From assembly GCF_902459465.1 (NCBI RefSeq), contig NC_047067.1:16616001-16680000 (forward strand): a stretch of DNA of 64,000 nucleotides, given 5' to 3'. The notes beneath the pieces are model-generated. The model was not told where the DNA came from. It ran no database searches and was given only the letters and a program-made list of their open reading frames with translations. Numbering within the stretch: the first letter of the stretch is position 1; every line of letters begins with the position of its first letter. The DNA comes from Asterias rubens. Its lineage: Eukaryota. Of this stretch, positions 34,601-46,118 are shown piece by piece. The position numbers and the translations under genes are program-made.

Positions 34601-36495
34601 TTGGTAAAAAGCAATGTAGCTGATAAACCAAACACACTAGCAAATAAAGCTGAGGAGTATGTTCAGTTTGTTGCAGAACAGGCAACACCCCAAGCTTTAA
34701 CTACACGTGAAGTGGAAGAAGCATCAAAGGACGATGCAGAATTGATCAAAGTTAGAAAGTGTCTAGCGAAAGGTGATTTTGATAAATCCAGTGTTAATTA
34801 TTTTCCAATCAGGAATGAGTTGAGTTCAATCGGTTACCTGGTGTTGAGAGGAACAAGATTAGTCATACCTAAGACGTTAAGTACAAAATGTGTAGAATTA
34901 GCACATCGTGGTAATTTGGGCATAGTAGGCACAAAAGTGTGGTGGCCAAACATGGATAAAGATGTTTTGAGATTAGTTCGATCATGTCATGGATGTCAAC
35001 TAGTAAGTGCGATGCCCAACCCAGAACCATTGCATCCAACGCAAATGCCTATGGGTCCTTGGCAGGACTTGGCCATTGACCTACTGGGACCTCTCCCATC
35101 AAAACACTATGTGTTTGTTGTGGTAGACTATTACAGTAGATTTTATGAAATAGAAATTATGAAAGATACTACAACAGCTAAGATTGTGGAGAATATGTTC
35201 TCTCGTTATGGGCTACCAAGGTCAATTACCTCGGACAACGGCCCACAGTCCAGGTCAGAAGTGTTCAAGGAATACTTAAATGAAAATGGTATTAACCATA
35301 GATTAGTGACACCTCTGCACCCTGCAGCAAATGGTGAAGTCGAACGACAAAACAGATCGCTGATGAAGCGCATTAGAATAGCTCATGCTCAGTCACAGGA
35401 CTGGAAAAAGGAAATCCGGTCATACATGTTTGCGTACAGAACAACTCCTCATAGCACTACAGGTGTGTCCCCAGCTGAGTAAATGTTTGGGCGAAAACTC
35501 AGAACAAAATTGCCACAAATAGAGGAGTTAGAGTACATAAATGATGAGGAAGTTCAAGACAGAGATGCTCTGATGAAACACAAAAATAAGTTGTATGTAG
35601 ATAACAAAAGAAGAGCAGAAGAAAGTGATCTGAAAAAGGGAGATGCTGTACTGGTGAAGCAAAGTCAACAAAACAAAATGAGTACACCATTTCATGCAGT
35701 GCCATACACATTAGTGGAGAAACAGGGTAACAGTTGCACTGTTGAACCTCCAGAGGGAGTGAAATACAAAAGAAATAGTACTCATGTAAAGAAATACCAG
35801 CAAACAGAGTCTGACACTAGTCAGGAGAGTATCGAAGATCCAATACAGAATGAGGATATTAGTGGAGACATTGTAGACCCACAAGTCTCCATCTCAAGTC
35901 CAATGCTAGGTTCACCAAGGGCAGTTCGTACAACGAGAAACTGTCTCCCTAAGCTTTTTGATGATTTTGTAATGGATGTTTAGATAAAACTTAAAGTATG
36001 TGTTATAAGCAATAAGCACAGGATGTAAGGGTAAATATTGTTTACCAGAGGAGATACAAGATAAGTAACAAATGTTTTCTGGGATAGTTTTAAATATCTC
36101 ACCAACAAAAAATTTGCAATAGCCCGGTCTAAGTCTAATATGATAAGTCATAGTATGGACTACTGTATTTTAAAAGAAACACAATTGTTTTGTTAAATGG
36201 TTAACATTGTTTAAACTTGATGATGTTGTTAAAAGTTAAAGTTTGATACTGTGCGTTTACTTTCCAGTTTAACTAAGGGTTTGTTATTTTAAAGAAAGGA
36301 GAGAATGTAGTGTTCACGTGATCACACTGTAATACATGTAATGTTATACATTTATGCAAATGAGTTGGCCTCGTGTAAGAGTACACGGAGGAAAGGTGGA
36401 AAACCGAGGAACAGAATAAAGACACATGTTGATGCACATAAGGATGAATTCGTCTATAGTATTGGTTTAATCCGTATGTCTAGTAAGACTCTACA
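31639..36495 (+). mobile_element. Full-length Ty3/Gypsy (Mag-like) LTR retrotransposon
   Basis: 190-bp TG...CA LTRs at 31639-31828 and 36306-36495 (3 mismatches). ACAAG TSD. PBS TGGCGACGAGGAT at 31831-31843. PPT AAAGAAAGGAGAGAA. Confidence 0.97.
31916..35983 (+). pseudogene. Disrupted gag-pol of the Gypsy element
   Basis: Gag, two Cys-His knuckles, protease IDSGASVN, RT (ISDD), RNase H (TDASNVGLG, EKEALAV), integrase (AIDLLG, SDNGP, GEVER). At least three frameshifts and one stop (35480). Confidence 0.93.
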
Positions 36496-36989
36496 ACAAG
36501 GTCAAAAGGTTAAACGCCTTGAACGAAGACTATTCTACATAAAGCTTTTTCGCGCTCTATGGATGATCACTGGAGCGTGACTCTCCTGCACAGCTAATAC
36601 ACTACACGTTGTGTGTATGCCTAAGTGTAATGTTTATGCACATACCAACGGGGGATTTACGTTGTTCTTTAGACGTGGATTTTGAAATTTTCAACCTCTC
36701 TTTTGACCCGGAAGACAGAATCAAAATGGGGTTATGTCTGTGACGTGTTTACAGAGTTTTTAATGCCCTTTCCGATGATGTATTGATTGTAAAAATCCCT
36801 CATGTAGATCAAAAGTTATGATTTTTTTAAATAATAAACTTGGAATGAGTGTATCTCGTCTACTGATGACGTCAACTTTTGTATCATCTACTGGTTATTG
36901 TCTACCTGTGTGCAAAGTTTCAACTTAATGCAAGCTTTGCATCTATGCTTTTTCTTGCGGACAATCGACAGCGAGAAGAATAACAAAAA

Positions 36990-39110
36990 ACCCCCAAAAA
37001 AATCAAAGAGTTGTTCCGGGCGGGCTACTAGCAGTTACTCTTGCCAGAGTTGTCAAGCCAAAAGGGGCTATCAGCACAACCTTGCAGTCATCGCCTTCTC
37101 TCTCTGATAGCACTCTCGACAACAGGGAAAATGGGGTATTAAAGGCGTATGCCAGCAATATACATGTATCCCAAGCCATCGACAATGCATCGGTGTGCCA
37201 TGAAGGCGGGTAGGGTCCCCGGAGCAGTATACCAGGAGTTCCACGTTTGCTGTTGATGAAAATAGATTTCTGTGCGGACAGTCCATCCGTTTGAACAGCA
37301 GCTAGACGACGCTGGGGAGTAAGGTCCACTCCATATAGGTACAATTCTTCCCCGTGACAGTGCGTCAACGAGGATCGCTAAGACCACTAAGACTACTAAA
37401 AGTTTCCACACAAGGAGACACAGGCTTGCGAACCGAGTGCCCCCCTGGTGGCTGATGTACATGTATGCAACTACGATCTTGTTGTTACATCTGATGGGGA
37501 CATGGCGTACCCTGAACAGTCGACATTCTAGGGCCTTCAAAACTGCCCACATCTCCAACAGGATGATCTGAAATCCCTGCGATTTGGCAGGGAGGGGGTC
37601 AATGATGCACCCATGCCAGTCTGCGAGGCATCGGTTGTGATCGTGGTCGAGGGTTGGTGCTGTATAAAAAACATGCCCTAGGCCATGTTTACCTCTAGTA
37701 GCCACCAGCGGACTCATGGGAGTATATGGTGGCCGATACAAACCCGATGGCTTATTGGTTGCCGTTTGGGTGGATGGAAGACTAGGAGGTGAAGCTGAAT
37801 CAGGCACACATGGACCCTGCAAAAGGGTATTAAATCCACCATACTGGCGATAAGTCCCAGTAATCCTAGCCACGCCACTGCTGGTTTCGTCGACTCCAGT
37901 AAGAAGAGACAAACACATATGACAGACACTCTTTGGAGGTTGATCCATTGTGTCGTGACTTCTCCTTGATGATAACGAACCCTATGGCTTTAAGTGCGCT
38001 GCATGCCTCCATTTGAGACAAACTTACAGTGAGCCAGTTGTCGAGGTACAGGAAAATTGTATAACTTTGTCTATGGAGCCTTGCCCCCAGCTGAAAACCA
38101 AAGGGAAGGGTTACAAACTCATAAGCCGTTTGCGCGTTTGATAGGGGTGGACCGTTACGTGAAGTTTAAACATCCTTTAGATTTACATGTATAGATGCTG
38201 CCCATGAAGGTGTTGGTACCTAGACGGTGTGTCCATTCGAAAGATTCAAAATGGGCGGCCATGAGCCGGTCTCCTACTTTGGTATCAGAAAGAAACTTGA
38301 CACGAAGTCTGAAAAATATTGTCTCGGGAGTACTATTCGGATGGCTTGCTTTTGTAAGAAGGATTGGATCTCTCCCTCAAGGGCTTTGCATTGTGCCCCA
38401 AGTGTGGGAACAGGCTTCTGGTGGATAAGTTTGCCTGACGTGGGGCAGGGTGGTGCTTGCGAATTCTAGGAGGTAGTCTTCACTGACTGTTCTAAGCACC
38501 CGGGATAAGTTTCGTCCGAGACCCCTAACAAATTATCAGGAGGGGGCCACATCAACTGTATGGACTAGCTCGCTTCTGCCAACCTTCGAAATGAAATACT
38601 GGCGGCCTGGCCACCTGGGCTGTCGGCTGCTGTGGCCTGCTGGTCTGAAAGGCAGCTTGTGCTTCGCAGGTCACTGTCTGAGACGCAGTTCGTCCTCAAT
38701 GGCCACGAATAGCTTGAACGGGCAGCGTTTGGGGATACGAAACCCTGTTCCAGGTGTCTGGGGTTTGCTCCCACTCTATGGTGTCTTTAGTTTACAGAGA
38801 TTAATTTTCTCTGTGGTATCAAGACGTTTTGCTTTGCCCATGGCCTCCTTGAATTTCTTGCTAAAGAGGTCAGTTCCAAGTAGAGGGAGCTTTCGAGCTC
38901 CCTCGGTCGGGAGGAACAGAACAGAAATCATAACAGAAATCTGAGCAAACTGGCGGGGGCATGCTGATGCTTGGTACAGTGGGGGGAGGAAGACTGAGCT
39001 GAACACCTCGTATTAGCTCTGGACTGCACCCGGATAGGCGTGGCTCCTGATACTGGAGGTGCGACACCAAGAGGACTCTAAGCAGGTCACTGTGGCACCC
39101 TGGCGTCTCC
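36990..39110 (-). mobile_element. Decayed DIRS1-like retrotransposon (gag, RT, RNase H, methyltransferase-like domain)
   Basis: Fragments SSFFLIPK, FLYLDNWL, LLEMWAVLKAL...HQGGTR, and TDALSMAW...AYAF..PFSLL. Confidence 0.8.
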
Positions 39111-39315
39111 ACCTGACAAACCCCAGAACAATTTCAAGAGGTTTTTGAGCACTTGATGCACGAACACCAACAAATTGATGTTCAAAAAAGAAAGTAATAC
39201 ACCCTTGAGTAGTCCATAGTTATAGTCTTACTTTGAGAGGGATACTCAGTAAAAACAAAGATATGTTGAAATCAAAGATCTTTAGGTTTATAACAAGTCT
39301 TTTCATAATACCTAC

Positions 39316-39457
39316 CTGTCCAAAAATCTACCGGAAATGGATTCCATTTGACGCAGTTGTAGGCAACCTTCAGCTGGTTTTCTACTGCTTGAAGAGTATG
39401 TGGAAAAGTATTACTTGCATTACCTCGTATCACAGCTAAGCAAGCCAATGATGAGAA
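39316..39457 (-). CDS. Zeta/delta-type tubulin exon (FSSLACLAVIRGNASNTFPHTLQAVENQLKVAYNCVKWNPFPVDFWT)
   Basis: Acceptor TTTTTTTGCATAG, donor GTAGGT, 142 nt, phase 0 to 1. Not in the ORF track; found by direct translation. Confidence 0.88.
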
Positions 39458-41118
39458 CTATGCAAAAAAAGAGTTAAGGACCAATAAATGATTTATAGGA
39501 ACTACAATTGTGCACTGTGACAAAGCCTATGCAACAAGTTGTCACAATGTTTATTGGATACGTACATGTACATGTAGCTGAAATAGGCATTCCTAATGCA
39601 AACAACTACATGTAGTATATACTACATGTAGGTCAGCAGCCGATTTCACGAAACTTTACTCAACTGCGTAAGTCCACTTTCAAACGTTTATGGAACAACT
39701 ACATGTAGTACTCAGTATATACAGTGCTAACACCGACGATGTACATGTATATGGGTAAAAGTCAAAATGATATGGTTTATTTTAAAGCAAAATGAGATTT
39801 TTTGCATTTGTGTCAATGTTAACAAGCACATTTCTCAATACATATGTACACTGACCATGTTAGCTTTACTGGCAGTCTGGTTGAGCAGTTTAGGCAAAGT
39901 AATGGTTCACCTAATATCTGGCTATGCTAAGCTTCAGTGATCTGCATGGCCTTTTGCAGTTGACATTTGGGTTGTGTCCATGAATATCAATGAACAGTTC
40001 ATCATTGTTCATTGTCATCAGTTCATGAACTGACCAGCAAAGTTCTTCACGATGATCATGAACAGTTCATGAATGACATGAAGAGTATGACGAAAAGTTC
40101 AAATGACAATTTCTTGATTCTGCCCAGTGGCAGGCAGTTAATAACTTATAATTCAGATTGGTAGGCTCATAAACATGTGTATGTCAGCATTAACAATCAT
40201 TACTTTTCAATATTGTTGTACCAAGATCATGCTATATGAACACATAAACACGGCTTTGGTTTACAATATATACATGTAGTAACATCAGTTTCCTATTTAA
40301 GTGCCCCTTTTCTTAATCCATTTATTTTTTATTTTTTGGGTAATTTTTGTAATTTTACTTTTGACTCAAAAAGTTAAGCACAATTAAAGTGGACTGACCA
40401 AAAAACCTTATACTTTTTGGACATCAAATTTAAACCCAAGTTTTGGCAATCATACATGTATGAATTAAAAAAAGTGTTGATGAACCTCGTTCACGATCAT
40501 TATCATTAAAACCATGAACGTCCATCAAACATTCTTGATTAGTTCAATAACCTGTTTATCTGCAGTTGAGTTGAGCTGCAAAATAAGTTTAGATGGACTT
40601 TCTTTAAAATTCAGTAAGTTCATAAAAGTCCACTTAATGTTCATTAATTTAATGGGTGAACAGTTCATGAATTTGGTTCATTAACTTCTGCGATGGTCAG
40701 TGGACTGATCATGAACGTTCTTTAAGTTCATTCTTGAAATGTATGCATATACACGAGGGTGCATACAACCTTATCAAATCAAACCTGTCGGTTAGGGGAA
40801 ATGCTTTAGTAGTAGCTCGACAGATAAATATAGTGAAGTAGACAACAACAAAGCGTGTTTGTAACATAACTAAAAACTGGGGGTTTTGGTTGTTGGCACA
40901 AGAATAGAAAATGGCATGGATAATCAATCATTTTGTCATGTTTGGTCGTAATACCTGAAGGAACTCTGTGAAATTGCTGTACGACTGTAAGGAAAGATCA
41001 AAGGGGGGTCATATCTTGACTTAAACGTCAAACGTGTAGTAAGGTAAAAGACGCTACGAAGATTACAATTTTTTGAAATTATACTATTAAATTCTGTTTG
41101 CCAATTAAAAAAGGATAC

Positions 41119-41191
41119 CAAGTTTCCATGCTGATCATGTCTCTTGAGTGAGTTGACTAAACCACTTGCAACTGTGCTCCAAGAAGGATAT
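41119..41191 (-). CDS. Zeta/delta-type tubulin exon (YPSWSTVASGLVNSLKRHDQHGNL)
   Basis: Acceptor TTTTACAG, donor GTATCC, 73 nt, phase 2 to 0. Joins in frame to the 39316-39457 exon. Confidence 0.8.
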
Positions 41192-41849
41192 CTGTAAAAT
41201 AATGTGTAAAAGTAGAGCAGAAAAAGGCAGTGAATAAATTTCATCTGACCATGGAAAACTCAAATCTAGAGAACGTTGGCCCATTGTATTTGGAAGACTT
41301 CAGAGATATTCATCACATGTTTGCTTCTGGCCAGAGACAAACAATGTGTTGTTCAGCATTTTTATAACCCCATAAACTAAATAGTCCAAAAAACATTCTC
41401 TTTTAACAAATGTCACTCTCCATCATGTCCATCATTCACTCTTTCAGATTGATCCACCTGAAAATTCAGATGTTCTGAATTTGAACAAAGATCAAATACA
41501 GAACTGCAATATGTTTAATGTTCACACCAAGTATTACAGGTAATTAAAATACTCAGGTTTCCTAAATGATAACGATTTATATGACCAGCATCAATCTGAC
41601 TTCTGTGACAACCATAACAACGATTTTGCTATCCAAATTGACCAACTGAAAGGGACGGACAACCACATTTTGATGTTTACTATTTTTGACTGTCGGCAGC
41701 ATTTGATATAGTTGACCATGCCACATTCAATTGCTTCCAAATTACGATTGTGCTGCTTTAAACTGGTTCAAGTCCTACCTGATTGAGTCAGTTTTCCCAC
41801 ATCAAAGATTCAACCTCTTCCACTGTCTCTCTTTATTTCTCTGTCTCAC

Positions 41850-41932
41850 CTTGCTGTATGCAACACCACTTTGAGAAATAATTCAGCTGGTCTATCAAAA
41901 TTTGGTTGTGTAGAAGATATCCAACTATTTGT
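41850..41932 (-). CDS. Probable tubulin exon (...PAELFLKVVLHTAR); 5' boundary uncertain (41932 or 41891)
   Basis: Strong donor AAG|GTGAGA in phase 2 matches the next exon. Two candidate acceptors. Confidence 0.5.
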
Positions 41933-42064
41933 CTGTACATGTATATCTACATGTACGTCACTCTTGGCAAAATAAATTAAGCTATGCACAGATCCAGTAG
42001 AGTGGTGGATGATACAAAACTGGCTCCCATTCAACAGACCACAAAACAGTTGTGTACATAAGAG

Positions 42065-42340
42065 TGATCATGACATTCCAGGACCTTTTCTGGCAGGCAA
42101 GATACTAGTGGTCATCTGTAAAAGAACTACATGTACCTTGACAGTTGTGCCTACATGTACTTCTTCTAGATGTTTCCCCAGTGCATTTGGAATGGTGGCA
42201 AGTGCTTCAATCAACAGAAGCATGACCAGACAGGGATTGCTTTTACTTTTACTGCTAGATCTTTTCCTTTTTCTTGCAAGCCACCCTTATATCACACGGC
42301 ACAGCCATGTCAATGAGATAACACATCTTAAATGGTGTTT
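42065..42340 (-). mobile_element. C-terminal restriction-like endonuclease fragment of an R4/Dong-type LINE
   Basis: CYLIDMAVPCD...KKKEKI, then ALATIPNALGKHLEE...LLQ in shifted frames. Confidence 0.65.
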
Positions 42341-42377
42341 GAAGCTTTGCATGGTGTGGAGAATAGCGGCAACCCCG

Positions 42378-43721
42378 CTAGAAAGCTCGACAAAAAATTG
42401 TTGCAAGTGTAGCGTTGTGTACAGGGGAGGGCTAAAGTGGCTGGGCAGGGTCACAATACAAATCACTGTGGCAAACAACCCATCCTAAGTTAAGACGAAT
42501 CTTAGTGCTTTGTGAAATCGTACACTTGTCCGTCTTTTTTCCTCGGCATTGTCGATCCCATCCATATTTTCCAGTTTCCAGCGGATCCCGATAGTGGTTC
42601 TTTCCCAGTCCCGTTTATATCCTGTTTCGTTTATTTTGTTCCCATTCAGTTGGTCATTTTCTGTCCTGTATAGTTTTCAAACCCCTTTGCTTCCCCCCCT
42701 CCCCCTCACCAGCGTCGTTCATCCCCCCCCCCCCCCAACTCCCTGTCCCACCGTGTGCCCCTTCCCTATCCCGTCCCATATCTAACCCACGCCTCGGTGC
42801 CTCTCCCATCCCCGCGATCCCCTGCATTGGCATTGTTCTTTGCTTGCTTGCCACTGTTTGCCCATAACTCGTATTTTCCAGTTTCGCGCGGGTCCCGTGT
42901 GGGTTTTTCCAGTTTTATGGGCTTGATTCCCCCCCATTCAGTTTAATATTTTCCTGTCCCATGTCCCATATCACGATAGTCCCTTTTAATTTTGTTCAAT
43001 CCCTACCCCAGCCCTGTTCATTTTCCCCGTCATTTCTATTTTTCCGTTCCCCCGTCCCCCGTTCCACAGACATACCACTATGTGCCCCTACCTCCTATCC
43101 CGTCCAAAATCTAACCCGTGCCTCCTTCCTGTCATCCCGCCCGTAAATTGTTCTTTGCACTTTTTGCCATCCCATAACTTTCCCTGTTCCCCGCGGGTCC
43201 CGCCAGTTCTCTGTTTCGTGTATTTTTCCATGTCCAGTTTATTTTTTCCCTGTCCAATGTCATCAATAGTCCCTTTTTCTTTTTCCCCTTTCCGTATTAT
43301 TTTTTTCAACCCTTTTACTAATGTTCCCTACATTTTTTGCTGTTCCCCCGCCCTCTTCCAACAGACATACCAAACTACATGCCCCTTCCATCTCCCTGTC
43401 CCCACAACGTGCTCTAATAACCCCCACCAGTCTTCGCCCTGTCGTCGTGCCCCCCCCCCCCATGCATTGTTCTGTACTGTATGTACGCGCGAAGTTACTG
43501 GACGCTCACGCCGTGACTGTGACATCACAAAGAACGCCTGCACTCAACCCCAAAGTTACTACACGCTCGCCCTTTGACTGTGACGTCACAAACAGTACAT
43601 GCCCCAACCCACGGGTACCCCGAAATTTACCCCACGACGCATCATTTTAGCAGGGTGCGGGCACCACTTGCCAAACAACAATGGCGGCGCCCATGCGATT
43701 TAAGCGCTTTTATAATATAGA
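42378..43721 (-). mobile_element. Second copy of the non-autonomous Helitron
   Basis: Collinear with 23221-24432. Same A|TCTATATTATAAAAGC 5' end; 3' end degenerate. Confidence 0.78.
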
Positions 43722-43729
43722 TAACTAAT

Positions 43730-44396
43730 AATAGTAAACTTGCCGGTACAACCATAAGTAAAATCTCTTCTGAAGGAGTGGTGGCTCTGAAACGAGCCAG
43801 TTTGGTCTCAACATTTCAAACAGTATACTCTGCTCGTCTTCAGGAGAATGCTGGACTACTGGTGGTGGTGGAGCTTGTGTAAGGCTGGAGGGATGCACTT
43901 TAGGGCGGGAAGGATCGAAGCTGCTCTTGTCCGGTGAAGCGTGCGAGTTGGTTGTTTGCTTGATGTGTGTGCGTTGGAGTGTGTCAGTGTTGTGGTGAGC
44001 TGCTGCTGGAAGTGTGGGCTTGAGAAGTGGTGACCAGATGTCATTGATGAAGAATCTGATGTCTTGTGGAACTGTGTTGTGAGCCTTGATTTCGATTGCC
44101 TCCCTCACTCTGTGATGGTGCCAGAACTTGACTGGTGCGATGAGCTTGGCTTGTTTCCATTTGATGTGTCTAGGTGTCCTAGTCTGCCGTTTGCTTGATG
44201 TTCCTTGATTCTGGTGGATATGTTGCGGCCGGTCTCCCCGATGTAGACTTTACCACATTCGCAGGGAATGTGGTAAACGCGTAAAGACGAGCAGAGTATA
44301 CTGTTTGAAACGTCAATTGACCAAACCGGCTCTTTTCAGAGCCACCACTCCTTCAAAAGAGATTTTACTCATGGTTGTACCCGCAAGTTTATTATT
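43730..44396 (-). mobile_element. 5'-truncated Penelope-like element with inverted pseudo-LTR
   Basis: VYHIPCECGKVYIGETGR and REAIEIKAHNTVPQDIRFFINDIW on the minus strand. 44281-44396 is the reverse complement of the pLTR at 43730-43845. Confidence 0.9.
43806..43847 (-). ncRNA. Minimal hammerhead motif in the third Penelope pLTR
   Basis: UCUC-CUGAAGA-C-GAGCAG-AGUAUA-CUGUUU-GAAAUGUU-GAGA, with a 4-bp stem I. The inverted copy keeps GAAACGUC but has lost CUGA. Confidence 0.55.
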
Positions 44397-45201
44397 CATA
44401 TTTATATTTATAGTTACTCTTATAGCACATCTTGTTTGTCTTATCTAAGACTACAACATCTGGAAGCCTATGTTCTTTATCTTCCAGTACGCGCTAATTC
44501 TCCCTAAGGCGCCTTGTCAAAACCTCCCGAGCGTTCCTCTGCTGACAAGCTGCGGTCTGGACAGCAAATAGCACCGTTAAGGACCTCAGACAGTCCGTTG
44601 AAGAATGGCCATGTGCGTTGAAGCACGGCAAAGTTTAATCAGCTGCCCATGTCAGGCGCTATTGTTGGTGTAACAATAAGTTTCATGAATAAACAGGTTG
44701 TATTTTCAGGTCATGAATATCAGCAGCTTAGACACGGACATGCCGTCAGCTCATAAATACCATCGTCCTGGAAGCGGACATGACAGGCGCACCGACAAGA
44801 CAGTTGCACCATATATGCACGCTGCTTGTGCCAGCCGACACCCCTGCTCATATAATAATCGCGTACTACATCATGTTTTTAAAAACATTTAATATAGTCA
44901 ACCAAATCGTTGACTTTGAAACTCAACATCTATTCCAGAGGCATTCACCAGGCATTCATCAAGAGGCACAGAACTGGCTTGTATTTTTAAAAAGCATAAT
45001 GTTGAGTCCTGGCTCAACAACTCAAAACATTAACCACTTTATCGGCTTTGTTTGGTCCATGAGTGAATATGGTGCAAAAATTAGTCAGTGGTGTGACCAG
45101 TTGACCTTGAGCAACAAGGTCCAAACGTCAGGCCACATACTGGCTAAAATTATAGATTGGTGAATTAAATTTTCAGTTATGCTACTAATGCTACTACTAC
45201 T

Positions 45202-45606
45202 GGAAGTGTCGTGGCCAAGCACTTAAGAGCACCGAATTCAAACTCTGGTGTTTCTGATCAGCAGAGTGTGGGTTCGAATCCCCAGCTGTGACACTTGTGT
45301 CCTTAAGCAAGACAGTTAACCATTGCTTCGTCCTTCGGATGGGACGTAAAGCCGTTGGTCCCATGTGTTATGTAACGCATGTAAAAGAACCCAGTGCACT
45401 TATCGAAAAGAGAAGGGGTTCGCCCCGGTGTTCCTGGTCCAATCGGCAGCAAATTGCGCCTTGTAAAGCATTACATGATTCTATCAGAATTAGGTCTCAT
45501 AATTCACAACTCAGTCCCACATCTCGCAGGAAACACTGTATGTTACAGCGCCAGGAGCGCCACTGAGTGGCGGACATGTGCGCTATATAAGAAGCCACAA
45601 TTATTA
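45202..45606 (+). mobile_element. Full-length tRNA-derived CORE-type SINE with L2-like tail
   Basis: A and B boxes, CORE-like block, and 3' tail GCGCC...GGACATGTGCGCTATATAAG...ATTATT. Confidence 0.85.
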
Positions 45607-46020
45607 GTTGTTCGGAGCAGAGCATCGATTTAAACACCTTTTGTTATTGTTCGTTTTTTTTGTTATTTTTTTACTTCTTCATCTTCTTTTCTTCAACCCT
45701 TGTCCTCGAACAAAAGCACACTTCCCAAACTCGTATGAACTTGAAACTTCACACATAGTTAGATATACATTAGGAGTGGAATAATGTGTTGGTTACATCA
45801 TGATGAAGTCATCCATTCTTGAGTTATAAAAATTCAAAGTTTATTATTTCAAAAAATCATAACTTTTGATCCACATTATGGATTCTTACAATCGAGACAC
45901 CATCGAAAAGGTCGTTAAAAACTCAGTAAACGCCTCGCAAGCATTACCCCATTTCGACCTTGTCTTCTGGTTAAAATCAGATTGTTTGTGTATTTTCGTA
46001 AAAAATACATAGTTGGTTTT

Positions 46021-46118
46021 CACTACGACCATACTGCGTTGATTACTTTGGTTCTCGTCCGATCACTGAAGTTAAGCAACATCGGGGACGGTCAGTACTT
46101 GAATGGGAGACCGCTTGG
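46021..46118 (+). pseudogene. 3'-truncated 5S rRNA pseudogene fragment
   Basis: CTACGACCATAC...GGTTCTCGTCCGATCACTGAAGTTAAGCAACATCGGG..CGGTCAGTACTTGAATGGGAGACCGCTTGG, followed by non-5S sequence. Confidence 0.9.

Noticed and set aside
37437-37452. CTCF-like motif CCCCCTGGTGG
   Set aside because: Explained by the DIRS RNase H codons for HQGGT.
46021-46118. Functional 5S rRNA gene (also 31505-31604)
   Set aside because: The 3' end of 5S is missing, there are many substitutions, and no tandem rDNA context.
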